Source of the DNA: Bugula neritina
Taxonomy: Eukaryota > Animalia > Bryozoa
NCBI GenBank assembly: GCA_964035545.1
Contig: OZ037766.1
Span: 16,544,722-16,608,721, forward strand
Length of the DNA stretch: 64,000 nucleotides
Direction of reading: 5' to 3'
The position numbers and the translations under genes are program-made. A model generated the notes under the pieces. The model was not told the origin of the DNA. It was given only the letters and a program-made list of their open reading frames with translations, and searched no databases. Of the stretch, positions 1-12,321 are shown in pieces; within the stretch, counting starts at the first letter, position 1; every line of letters begins with the position of its first letter.

Positions 1-381
1 CCATCCGGAGAACAAGAAGAGGTGACTGCTGACGGTGAAGTAGAGACGCCATTAGAGGCCCCTACTAACGAACCGGCAAGCGTGTCACCCCCCCTAGAAA
101 GGGGACAGCGTACGAGGCAACCCCCCGCATACTTGAAGGACTTCGTATGTGACTGCGTTAAAAGCGGCACACATGAAAGTCTAGGGGGAAACCGTACGAG
201 AAAAGAATCGAGCAAATGTGGGAGTTGTCAACACCACGGAAATATCAACTTTTGTATCGGCGGAAATAGAAACAAAATTTATCCGCCGGGTGCACAAAGT
301 CTTAATCACGCACCCCAACCACGTTGCTCGATCTTTTCATACGCTGATGCAGTCAAGAGTAGACGTGTTTCTAAGCAGTAG
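1..381 (+). CDS. C-terminal tail of Gypsy pol/integrase (5'-partial)
   Basis: Frame 1 is open from base 1 to TAG at 379-381. It contains a Pro/Glu-rich linker and R-x-R-x-P-P-x-Y-L-K-D-F-V, typical of Gypsy integrase C-termini. Confidence 0.7.
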   Translation, partial: PSGEQEEVTADGEVETPLEAPTNEPASVSPPLERGQRTRQPPAYLKDFVCDCVKSGTHESLGGNRTRKESSKCGSCQHHGNINFCIGGNRNKIYPPGAQSLNHAPQPRCSIFSYADAVKSRRVSKQ

Positions 382-405
382 TTCAAACCATTTCACATAT
401 TCAGT

Positions 406-1482
406 ATGTCTTACGACAACAGATCGTGGGGTGAGTTAACTATATCTTAATACGAAACTAGATTGCATCGCTTAGCTCTGACCCACTGAGTCAATCGAGC
501 TGGAGATAGGTTAGTGAAATACCGTGGTAAGAACTCAGTTTGACTTAGAGATTTTTATAATCTCATTGCAATACGGTTCTATCTGACTATTCACTATCAT
601 TAATCTCTACGAGGTAACTGAATTAGGAGTTGCCAAGCTGTTCAAGCTGACAACACAGCAGTGTACTGTACTAACACTGTTGAAACTTTTTCAGATTACA
701 CTCGACCCGCTATAACCAGGGTACGGGATAGAACACTTCCCGCTCCGTATCCGGAGGACTATGCTAGTGGTGACCGGCCTGAGCCACTACGCCGCCGTTG
801 GCGGTGGGTGTCTCCACAAACCGAAGAAGAAATAGAAACAGCCTGGGGGTCCAGAGGACGGACGAGATGCCAGATATGTGGTGAAGATTGCGCCTCCCAC
901 CGCTCCCTTAAACTACACGTCAATGCTCATCTCCTACTGACCTTCTGCCCCTGCGGGTACAATGATGTGTATCCCTACCCCGTCACCAGACACAGAGCGG
1001 CGGGCTGTTTCCCTGGAGAAAACTACGTGGTCGACGCTAAGCTATACCCGGAGTTCCTCACACTTATACGACCTCTGGTGAAGAAGGCTATGCTATTAGC
1101 CGTTCTGTCCTCGGGGTTCCAACGTGTGTTAGACAACGCCCGCCAACAATCCCCGTTGGTGTCTGACCGTCCTCAAATTACATACACCCCCGAGGAAATT
1201 ACATATCCAGAAGAAGGAGAGATCTCCCCTACACCGGCGAAGAGACGAACCAGGTCCCCCAGTCCACCCTTGCGCCGCAGACGGACACCGTCCCCAGACC
1301 CAGTAAGCCTGGCTACAGTAGAAGAACGTCTCCTACGATTACAAGAGGAGTTCACCCAGCTGGCACCAGATCTACTTAACACTACAACAGGACTCTTCCA
1401 GCTAAAGGGATCCGTATGCCGTATGAAACGGAAACTGCGTACATGCCAAGCCAAGCACCGGCGTGCCCGACAAGGACTCTAG
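406..1482 (+). CDS. Spliced accessory ORF of the LTR element: C2H2 zinc-finger, Arg/Ser-Pro-rich, Leu-rich helical protein (270 aa)
   Basis: Exon 406-430 (MSYDNRSW+G), intron 431-694 (GTGAGT; TACTAAC 669-675; TTTTTCAG), exon 695-1482. The phase-1 join G+AT=Asp restores the frame of the 661-1482 ORF, which has no 5' ATG of its own. CQIC-x12-HVNAH finger. Confidence 0.7.
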
Positions 1483-1768
1483 TTAGACTACCCAGAATAC
1501 TCCAACTCCGCCTCTTGGGAGAGGCCCAGATGTCCTGTAAATGTTTGACTGCTTAACAGGTTATCCCCTGTCTAACACCACAGCTAGCTAGTATTCCTCG
1601 TCTATCTACAGCTGGCCAATTGTATGCAACGGATCTTTATAATGACTCTGTCTATTATTATGTCGCTTCCTGTATATTATGTATTATTTTGTCCACTGAT
1701 GTATGCAATTACTATTGAATGTTTTTTATATATATATCAGAAAGATGGCTTTCTGCTGGTGGGGGCGG

Positions 1769-2050
1769 TGTGGTGGTTCGTGGAACTACCAGCAGCACAA
1801 CATGTAGGGTCGCGTAATTGACCCGGAACAATGGATAGCCAATTAGCGTAGTTGATAGTTAGCAGCAATTGTAGTTTCCCGCTGCTAACTCAGTCGAAGC
1901 TAGAGTGTGAAATAGATTAGATGTGTAACTTGTTGGAAATAATGTATCGTGTTTTTGTAATGTATAGTTGTGTATAAAATATACTCGTTCACTCGACTTA
2001 GCCTGGTGTAGTTCTATACTAGATAAATAGACTCTCTGGATAGCATATCA
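1769..2050 (+). repeat. Putative 3' LTR (~282 bp)
   Basis: Starts with TG directly after the PPT (1758-1768) and ends with CA at the composition boundary. The end point cannot be confirmed without the 5' LTR. Confidence 0.6.
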
Positions 2051-2067
2051 ACCCTAAATCTGAAAAC

Positions 2068-2622
2068 TATAACAATAGTAATATTTATACTAATAATAAT
2101 ACTAATAGTATAATAGTAAAGTAGTAATACTAATAGTAATACTATTAGTATTAGTATTACATTTAGTTTTACTATTACTATTAGTATTAGTATTACTATA
2201 GTGTTAGTATTACTTATTTAGTTATTAGTTATTATATTTATATTAGTAATTAATAATTAGCCTAGTATTACTACTTACTAGTAGTACTAGTACTACTACT
2301 AGTAACACTAATAGTAATAATAATACGGTTATACAGTAATAGTAACAGTAATACTCACTAATAGTAATACTCACTAATAGTAATACTAATAGTAATAGTA
2401 ACGCAAACTTAACAACAACAATTTTGAATTACAACATGAATATGAATAACGTTAACAATAACAATATGAATATCATTATCAACACTAGTAGTACAGCAGT
2501 AGTAGTAGTACTACATTTTATATCAAATTGAAATTCGATATATGATTATAAATTACTATAACTATTACTATTACTATTAGTATAAGTATTACTATTACTA
2601 TTACTATTAGTATTAGTATTAG
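2068..2622. repeat. Low-complexity (TAA/TAG/TAC)n tract
   Basis: Degenerate AATAGT/AATACT/TAGTAT repeats seen directly. Confidence 0.85.
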
Positions 2623-3474
2623 TCAATGACCATTGAAATTGAATTTTTTTGATTGACAGTCTTATAGCAGGCAAATGATATTATTATTAATACACTAATA
2701 ATTTACACATAATTTACTGATGAAATAATTTTGTGCAGGGTTCACTATAAGTATGTGTATCATTAACTTTTTATTTTAAAACTATGGTTACGATTATTGT
2801 TCATTACTGCACGTGCCTTTACTATTACTAGTAACGAACCTCATTGAAATATAACTAAATGATACCATTTTCATTTCAATGATGCATCCCATATGGCTTA
2901 GAATTTCGAAAATTGCTATTCTCGATTTCATCTGGTTTATAGAGTTGTCTCCTTTATTACAAATAAGAAAATAACTCCTTGACTAACTTTGAGAAATGTT
3001 TTTACAGGCTTGAATAGTTGATCTTTCTGAACACAAATGTTATTGTTCATATAAAAGTATGTTTTTTCCTCATTTAATAAATTATCATCCATTAAATAAT
3101 ACATTTGTAAAAGTTGCTAAAATTATATTAGTTTGTATATTTATAAAATAATTAAAACAGGCGAAAAGTTACTGAGGAATTATTTTGGTTTTGCTCACTC
3201 ACTATTGTAATCAAGAAGCAGCAGCTAGCTATTCAGTATACCTCTACTGATGAGACTGTTTCATAAATCAACTATTTTACTGTCTTAAAGCAGATTACAG
3301 AGTTACTCTACCTGGCTTCAAGTAAGATAACTCAAGAATGGAGAACAACACTTTATATGCTCAATTTATTCTTGCAGCATTTAAAGTCAAGAGCAATGAT
3401 TATATATATTTTTCGTAACATATTATAATATGACATACGTTATGATATTTTATGTTATGAGGCGATAATATGTT

Positions 3475-3501
3475 GTGTGTGTGTGTGTGTGTGTGTGTGT
3501 G
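3475..3501. repeat. (GT)n microsatellite
   Basis: Perfect GT run. Confidence 0.95.
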
Positions 3502-5419
3502 CAACATTTGGTGACGTTTGAACTAAACCAGCAAATTGAACATTAGGATTGTTGACAAAATTGACAGTGGATCTATTTAAGGTTGTTTCAGAATATCTTT
3601 AATTTTTCTTTTCAGAGTAGTCTTCAATTTATTTTTGAAAATTTTATACATTAAGCTCTTGGAAAAACTCTTTCAAGTGAAATTGCCAATGTTCTAGTGC
3701 TTAGTTAATTAAAATTTTCTTAGAAATACTTGAAAACACTATCATAGTGAATTTGAATGTGTTACGCACTTTTTACATGCATTTCAAACAAAAATCTTTC
3801 TGCAAAAGCAATGATTCAAAATGAGTTGTTCAATTGTATTCAGGTATGTTTTAAAGCAGCAATTTTCCAGTTGGGTGTAAGCTTGTGTCTGATGATACTT
3901 TCACTTCCTAACACACCAGCAATACTGATATAACTAATCGTAATTTACATAAATCATTTTCATTTCACTTTCATCCAACAGCTTAGGTCTAATAAAAAAA
4001 CCATCTATTTAGTTGCTGTGGTAATGCATACTGTATATAACAAAGTTTTTCAAGAGATTTAATAATTTATCAATGGATGGTGTTCTAGAGAATTTGGAAC
4101 ATTATTTCGCTCACTATGCATAGCTCATCAATAACTTAATAATTAATTTGTGATAGCTAAGTCACTATTAAATTTCCAATAGTCATAGTCTTCAGAAAAT
4201 TGCTCTACGATAGTAACTTATGATGAAAAAGCTACTGCATTATGCTATTCAAATAACCAACTGAAATGTTCACAAATTTGTGCAAACCAGAGCTAAACTT
4301 TGAAGTTGCAACTTTGCATTAGGTTGCATGGAGTAATGAAGGGTAGCTAAAAGTTGATTTAGTCGTGCATGGGGGGGGGGACTGCCAGTGGTGTTATACA
4401 AGACAACAGTTCAGTATATATTACTTTGCATTGTGCTTCAGAAGTGACAAATAATAATGTCAAAATTTACATGTTAATGAGTGAATTTCCCCCTCAAATA
4501 GATAGTCCTATGAAAGTTTAACCAGGATCTGGTGAGAGTCCAACAGACTACCTGCAAGTTATTGGACCTGAAGCCTATTTTTGCAACAAGCTGTTAATCT
4601 TAAGACAATTTCCGATGCAACAACTTGAAATGATCAGGTATGATTGAAGAAAAGTATGATTGGTTAGTAATGTGCACCTTTATTTCATTTAAAATTGGTG
4701 ACAATAAAAATAGTTGCAAGCTGATTCAGTTATTACTTCCAAAGCATCAAAAGAAAATAGAAAATAACTAAATTTGTATGTTTTACGTGATTACAACTAC
4801 TCAAAATACTTGCATGATAGGGCAAAAGGCAGAATGCTGTCTTGTATAATTAAAAAGAAAATATTTGAAAATAATCTAAGCATCACAATAAATATTAAAT
4901 AAAATTTAGGTTACACATGACATTACTTTTGAGTGGACATTACCAACAGCATTTGTTACAGTACAACTGCTGATAAAGTTATATGAAAATGGCTACTAAA
5001 CACTTCTAAGATAGAGGTATTTGGAAATCCTATTCCACACTGATGATACTAGCAGTTGGTACTGTGATACTACCAAGTATATAAAGCAACAGGTCAATAC
5101 TGCGTTCATACAAGTCACCAAGACAGCACTACTTGACATTATATAAAACATTTAAAATATTGGCAAAGTCAACAAAACTCATGCAATTGATCATCGATAC
5201 ATCTATCACAGATACTTTTTTTTATACATTTTTGAGTAAGAATCGATTTCATTGCAGATAGTTATAATATAGAACTTAGGTATAGTTGACTTATCATCTA
5301 ATAGTACATAGACATACATAATATATAGAAATTATTAAATAGTAAAATGAGATGGATATTTCTCTCTAAATTATTTGGAGATCTAGATGATGGTAGTCAA
5401 ATGCTTTGAGCTCAGAGCT

Positions 5420-8400
5420 CTAGAGTGAATCCATCAGCGATAACTTTTTGGTGGTGACAATCATTCCGCCATCGCTGCCCCCTGACCCCTGCTCATCACT
5501 TTCATCATTCGACCCAATCACGTCAACTTCATCTGTAATAAAATTTTTATGCAACATAAGAACAACAAATTAAGTTTAGTCTGTAAACTAAGTTACATCA
5601 AATAAGTACTAATAGTGAATAACAAATACAGTTCAAACTCTGCTAAAACTGAGCCACCCATATGCTCAGTTTTTTGGAGTTACAAGCTTTTGATAATAAA
5701 AGCTAATCTGTGCTAACTAAATAGTTACCAAACTGGCTCGTACTCAACTTCCTACAACAATATTTGTGGACTTGTAGGTCCATTAAACTACCATTTCCTA
5801 GGGAGCTGTAAGTGTTTACATAACGTTTAATACGCTGTAATAAATGTGTGCTTGGGCTGCTAGTAAATACTAGCAGTGCTGCCAACATGTGTACTTGGCA
5901 AATGATTAGATAATTTTTAAAAAATGTAAAGGCTCTATGAAATTATGTACACTCCCTTTTCACTAATTACTGATAGACTTAGTAGTCTTGACTTCAAAGT
6001 GTCTTTGCTGCATAAGACCGCTTCACAGGAACTATAAAACTTTCACATGTAAAACCAAGATGGTACACAACCATATGCACGCAGCAAAGCTGGAGCTTCT
6101 CATGTATTTTTGTTGCTTCAAGGGAAAATCCCACAAGTCTGATAAGGAACTAGTTTGATTCAACCTGTGATAAGATGAGTGAAGAGAGAAGTTGAAAGGT
6201 GATGGTGATGTAACACGTATGCTGCTCAGAGATGGTTATTTAATGCCATAAGATAAGTCGCTGACAACAATGAGCCACTATCAGTGACAGGGCTACTATT
6301 TTCAACAAGATATCTATAATACATGCTGTGTAAATATCTGCACAGGTAACTATACTATGTTATCAGGTAGCTGTCAGTTACTAAATCTGGCCAAAGTGCA
6401 GTACCTAGAAAGGCCATAGATGAGGGTGATTAGTAGTTGGACTCGCACTTTTGGGCAGGTAAGCCATACAGGCAGTTTCACATTAAACTATGAAAATTTT
6501 CCATTCAATCACTGATGACAAAAATAACCTGCTGTTATCCACTGAGCTACATGCTTTTTTGGACTACATTACAATAAACATATTCCAGACCGTGACAGGT
6601 AGAGAAATAACTTTAATAGAATAAAAAAGTACACCCAACGCTAACGTAGAGCCTGCAATGCAGTAAATGAAAATTGGAAATAGTTAATGGCAGGTTGAAT
6701 GCCATAGGTTGCTTTTAGCAATGCTAGTAGCTACAGGCATGTACTGCAGCACATGCCCAGCACAACATGCCCAGCACAACATGCCCAGCAAGAAGGACTT
6801 CAACCTTACAACTATACAAAGCATAAATTAGGCACACTTGACTGAATGATAAGATTAGTAGATATGCAATGAATACCAGTATGCAGTGAATATGGCAGAA
6901 AAACCTATGCAACAGTTAGTAAAAGGAGAGAGTAACAACCTTGCTCTTCAGTAGAAATGGATGAGGTTGAGACGTTGGAGAGTGCAGAACTGGAACATTC
7001 ACTGACAGTGCGCTCAGATCTGGAGTTTCTGTAGGAACCTGCAACTTTCAGAGCTTCCAAACGCCTTTTCAAATACCTCTGCTCTCTAAATAGATTCTCT
7101 TTGATCATACATTGCTTCTTCTCTTTCTCCTCTAGAGCCTAACACAATTACCAGACCACCGTGATGACTATGCAATGTGCATACATTCCACATGGCCAAG
7201 GCAGTGAAAATACTGGCATTAAAAAGATGTTTGCTGCCAAAATTCTTAAGTTGCTTAACCTTATTTTAAATGACTACGTTTCTCATTAAATGATATAAGC
7301 CAGTTATTGCAGCTCAATAAAAGAAATTGAATGAAGGAAAGGAGCTAGTGACATGTGGTGCATTGAACTACGCCACAATGCAGTTTAAGGCATAACAAAA
7401 ACTGGCTATAGTCACCTTTACACGTGTGCAATAGAAATCAATTGATATGAATGTAGTTAGCTGAGCAAAATCAATACTAGGTGGTGAACAAATTGGTGAT
7501 ACTATTTAAGTAGCTAATATAAACATATGCAGGCACAAAGAAATAGTTATTTTGAAAGCCAGTGGCGCAGATGACAACTAACTGAGGCGTTGAGTACTTA
7601 TTGCCCCACAGCCAACTATTGGCCCACCAGTGTACTATTAAGGTCTACTGCTACGTTGCTATTTTCAACTAATCAACAGTCAACAATAACCATCTACATT
7701 CTACACGCTTGAAAGTAGGTGAATTGGAGAGAGAGGACTGTCCACTGTTTCATGTATAAAAACCCTTTCCTTTTCAAGAGTTAGTAATTGTGGAATGTTG
7801 TGGTTTTAGGCTATTATTTGATCAACTGCTTTGGCCAGTTTCCAGAAGCCATTTTGACTATGTAACCAAACTACTGGTTACTACATGCAACTTGCCAGAA
7901 TGACAGCTTTCCCAGGGGATACAAGTATTTGAGTGAGGATGGAGTGTTGCAGTATTACACTGATATCTATTGGCTAGTTGCTAGTAGATTGGCATTCATC
8001 TTCTACCCGTGCATGCAAGTGTGCTTTGTTTCATTATCATGTCAGTACCCACTAACTATTAGCAAATTCCTATCCTGTACAATGTATTAGGCCACTTTTG
8101 ACACCCAGTGATCCCAGAGTTTTAAAATTAAAACAAGTTTTACAAGAAGGCCTGCAGTATTTGACAGCTAATAGAATCAGATATGGCAGCAAATGCCTGG
8201 CTGGGTTAGTAATAAATATGTACTACTCAGTCACACATTAACTTTTCATGAAGTGCCTCACCTGCACTCTTCTTTGATAAAACTGGTATGCATATGAAGT
8301 ACCTAACAACCAACTCGAACAATAGACTGATGCTGTGAACAAATCTCTCAACAATACTAGGGTATGTCACTGCTGTGGTGGTAATAGATATATATAATAC

Positions 8401-11019
8401 ATAAACTACACCCTTTCATGCCGGGAGCTATGCTCAAACTAGCAAATGCAGGTCGCATGTTTAGCTTTTAAAACTTGGTTGATCTAATTCACCAGCATAA
8501 CTTGTTTAAATAAAACGTATTTTTAAAACATAATGGTACATATATTTGAAATATTATGCATGTTTGAATTCTTTTACTGTGACTCATCTAGGATTTTACT
8601 GAGTCTAATCTAATATGACTATGGCACAAGAGATGAAGGCATGTACAACCATTTATAGAGCAAAGCCAGAATCAGAAATCTGTTTTTCCTGGAATCTCAG
8701 AAGAGTTTTATGATTAATTATGCATAAGATGCCAAAATGGAAAGTAGTAAAGTCAATTATGAAGTCAAGTAGTTATATGCATGACTGCCACAAATGGATT
8801 ATAGAGCTGTTGAGATAGTGAAGCCAATACATACACTATACATGTGCACTATATACAGGCATGTCAATGTCAGGCAGGCAGTCCTGTTTAGGACAGCTGA
8901 CAAGGAACAAAATTCCAGTTAGTGATAACAGCTGAACTTTAGAGTTGCAATGTAGAAAATGGAAGCCATTTATACTTACCTTGAAAACTATACTTGTGAA
9001 ATATAGAGGTTGAAAGAATAGGAATAAAGGTGAGACTTCATTGACTAGGTCTACATATTAACCCTGTCTAGTCTTACCCTTATGAATGCCTTGGCTTTCG
9101 TGAGCAACCCTAATGTAGTGTGCTTGGAGGAATCCGAACCTAAAGGCACCATTTCTTTCAATTTCTCTAGACAATATCTAAGATGAGCTCGTCTGTAATC
9201 AAATTTTGAAGAAATTCTGACCAGATAATCTAATGTGAGGGAACCTAGTCTAGTTTTTAAAGAAATAATTGCTAGAATAATTAGACCTCAATTAAAAATA
9301 AACATTATGTCCACTGAGCTAGAAGTATGTACAACTGTGACTAGCAGCTAACTGTTCACTGAACTATGAAAAAATCAATGGTTGTACAGCCACTGAATCA
9401 TTCTTGTGCATAACATCAACTAGTAAAATCAATCAAGTGGTTAAACTCAAGCCTGATGTGCAATGCTAAAATTATAGGTGTGGTCATAATTACTGGTTAT
9501 CAGTAACATCATTGCTGGTAGAAAACCATTTGGTTAATTATTTAAAAATAAAATATAACTACTGAAACATACTTTTCCGCTTCAGTCATTAAAAATCGAT
9601 TAAAATAATGAAACTTACCTGTTTTTCTCTAATTCATTATGAGTAGTTCTAAAAAAACAAAAGATGAGCTTAAAAACTGATCCAATATCCTATGGATAGA
9701 GCAACACACACAAAGCTCATGAAACAAACTCTCGGATAACAAAACTACTTACAACACTAAATTAATAAATTACCTGTTTCCCTGAGATTTTTTGTGACTA
9801 CTAGAGGTGGATGTAGGTTTGCTGTTAGACTTATAATGATTTTGCGAATGATCGTCAGGAATTGGCAATGGGCAGGCATAGCCATGTTCTGCTTCTAAAA
9901 TTGCCATTGAATGATAACAATTATTGCAATTCGTTAGTTATACGTATTAAAAGCTTGAATATTAAAACAAATAATTTCAAATTGGCATTAAAATAAAGCA
10001 ATGATAAGTAAACACCAGTTTTAACTACATTTAACTTGCTAAGTCAAATCCAAATTACAGGTATATATTAGGTTAATACCCCTCATTACTAACGAAAGTT
10101 TACCATTTGTCATTCCAAAAATCAGGATCCGAAAACAAAAGGCTTGAATGATTCTATTTGAGTGAAAGACGTCAAAAAATCAATTAGTAGGACCATAATC
10201 ATTAATTGTTTAAAAGCTAAATTCACAGGTATCAACTTCAAATAGCTACCCAAGCTAAGCCACCATGCTTCAGCATGAATATGGTTTTAATATTTAATCC
10301 GTTTTTAAGTTGCAAGACCTTCAACTTGTCGTCACACTTACTGTGAGTGTGATGATTACTATTCGCATCAGTCTCAGAAAAAGTTCCTATCTATCAGTAT
10401 CATCATCATAATGATAATGACACTGTGAGTGAGTCAGACTCGGACAGTGATACTAATAATTTAATTATATCTATATTATAATTATAATAGTTATAGTAAA
10501 AGCTCATAATAAAACTAAAGAGTAATCTTAAATCAAAATGTAATAAACTAATACCAATAGTATACAGTTATGACTTTAACACTCAGTCTTGCACTCTTTT
10601 TATAGTAATAGATCCATCAATTAGATGGCTGGCATTCTGAATCCCATTCAAAGTAATAATCACTTATTCTTTTATTTACTTTTACTTTTAGTGTGCATGT
10701 GAGTGTGGCTAAAACTAAAGTAAAAGTAAAAGCATCAGCATGACGCACTGATCAGGATCTTTTTACTTTTAGTTTTAGAGACCTTGTGATTGAGCCCAAG
10801 CGATACCCAGTCTCACAATCTACCAAAAATTGACTGACTGACTTATAGCAGTAATGTTAGTTATTTTAAAGGTGCGACGGAAACTGAAAGTCAGTCTGAA
10901 AGTAAATCTCAGTCTTACTTTAAGTCTAGACAGAGACTTATTCTTAAGTTTAGTGTTTACGTACCTCTTTCTCTTCTATCAAGATATTCGGCTGCTTCTA
11001 AGAGTTGTGCTATGCTCAT
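5420..11019 (-). CDS. MXD1: Max dimerization protein (Mad/MXD/MXI1 family bHLH-ZIP repressor), 6 exons, 210 aa
   Basis: Exons 11019-10965, 9894-9774, 9648-9619, 9192-9078, 7138-6940, 5532-5420, all GT-AG and phase-compatible. Sin3-interaction motif [25 protein letters not shown], basic region [16 protein letters not shown], helix [14 protein letters not shown], acidic DEVDV tail. The symbol is family-level (MXD1/MXI1-like). Confidence 0.93.
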
Positions 11020-11282
11020 TTTATGTTGTAAAGAGATTATTGTATAATATATTAATAATATATAAAGTAAGTAGGTAAAAAATAATAAGTTATAGAAGGA
11101 TAAATAGAATAATAATCTCTTTACTGTCTTGGCCACCCAGCTCCCAAGCTCCCTTTTCGCCCACTGACTCACTAGGGCATTTACTTTGTAAAATTTATGC
11201 CGATTGGTCAAAAACCGCACAAACCTAGTTTGGGGTTTGCAACAGACGAATAGAATGATGCCTATCTTACGTTTAAAACTAA

Positions 11283-11324
11283 CATGTGATGCATTACGTC
11301 AATAGGAAAACAATAAGACACGTG
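11283..11324. promoter_or_regulatory. E-boxes (CATGTG 11283, CACGTG 11319) and CRE-like TTACGTCA (11294) upstream of Mad
   Basis: Motifs seen ~270-300 bp upstream of the ATG, with a CCAAT on the - strand near 11204. Function is inferred only. Confidence 0.4.
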
Positions 11325-12175
11325 GATATGAAAAGTTGAAACTTGCATGGCCGGTCGTAACGGCAGTTGCCTCCTCAATACCGTATGCATCACTGGGAGA
11401 TAACTACATAATAAAATAATATTGCCCTTTTTAAGAGTTGAGAACGCGAAAATAACAAATCTTGGATTGTGTCATTCGACTGGTTATTCATAGAACTAGT
11501 GATTTCATCAATTAAGATAACGTTTAGCCTATAAATAGAAGCTATTTACGATTATTAAAAATATTTTTTAATCTGCAGAATAAACCTCATATGATAGCTT
11601 TTTAGACCATCAGGTTCCTAATGAGACCATTCTTATTGAATTAGAACTAAACACTGTTATGCATATTTATAATAAATTGGTACACTTTGCTCCTTTATAC
11701 TTTTTGTTCTCAACTTCAATTTTGTCTATGTGATTTCATTTTTAGTGTACTTTTTTAGGTTCACTCTATTAAGTCTATCTGTTGTTATATCTTCAGTTAC
11801 TAAATTTTGTCTACACATAAATAAGATTAAAATACTATTGGTAAAGAAAAAAATGCTTGCTGAAACATCATATTACCTACTGCTTTTTCTGAGCATGAGC
11901 AGCAAAGTTTCAATATTATGGTGTTGCCAGTTTAATTTATTATTTATTGTTACTCAAAACATAATGTAATAGTTTGCACCATTATAAAAACTGGTGAAGA
12001 GTCAATATTGACTATTTTATAATGAAATGGTTAGTTTTATTGAGATTTGTATTGTTGGTGTTAGTTTATTTGTCCTACTCTAATTACTCATTTTGCAATT
12101 TGATTATTATATATATGCACTTGAGCACTCTGGCTTGGGTTTACACACCTTTTAAATATGCTTTAGCAAAACTAT

Positions 12176-12321
12176 AAGTTTCTACTATTGCGAAGTTGTG
12201 GGCCATGGTACTCTGTTCTGTGCTGATGAGGGGACAAATCCCGAAACAACTGCTATATATTTTCCCCTCATCAGCACAGAACAGAGTACCATGGCCCACA
12301 CCTTCACAATAGTAGAAACTT
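12176..12321. repeat. Foldback inverted repeat (59-bp arms, 2 mismatches, 28-nt loop) containing a partial hammerhead ribozyme core
   Basis: 12176-12234 is the reverse complement of 12263-12321. CTGATGA-GGGG-acaaa-TCCC-GAAAC lies at 12223-12247. Confidence 0.85.

Larger units (their letters stand above)
1..2050 (+). mobile_element. 3' portion of a Ty3/Gypsy LTR retrotransposon (pol tail, accessory gene, PPT, 3' LTR); 5' part lies outside the window
   Basis: GC-rich block ending abruptly at ~2050. Integrase-tail motif RTRQPPAYLKDFV, purine tract GGTGGGGGCGG followed directly by TGTGG..., ending ...ATATCA. The second LTR and TSD are not visible. Confidence 0.8.

Noticed and set aside
661-1482. 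Accessory ORF as an env gene, or as starting at GTG 661
   Set aside because: No signal peptide or clear TM helix. Bases 661-694 are the branch point and acceptor of an intron.
2731-2756. Possible + strand micro-exon (TGCAG|GGTTCACTATAA|GTATGT)
   Set aside because: No partner exons or ORF found; such motifs arise by chance.
6751-6790. 14-bp tandem repeat (ACATGCCCAGCACA x~3); similar short repeats at ~42309-42360 and ~42716-42765
   Set aside because: Ordinary intronic slippage repeats with no spacers; not CRISPR-like.
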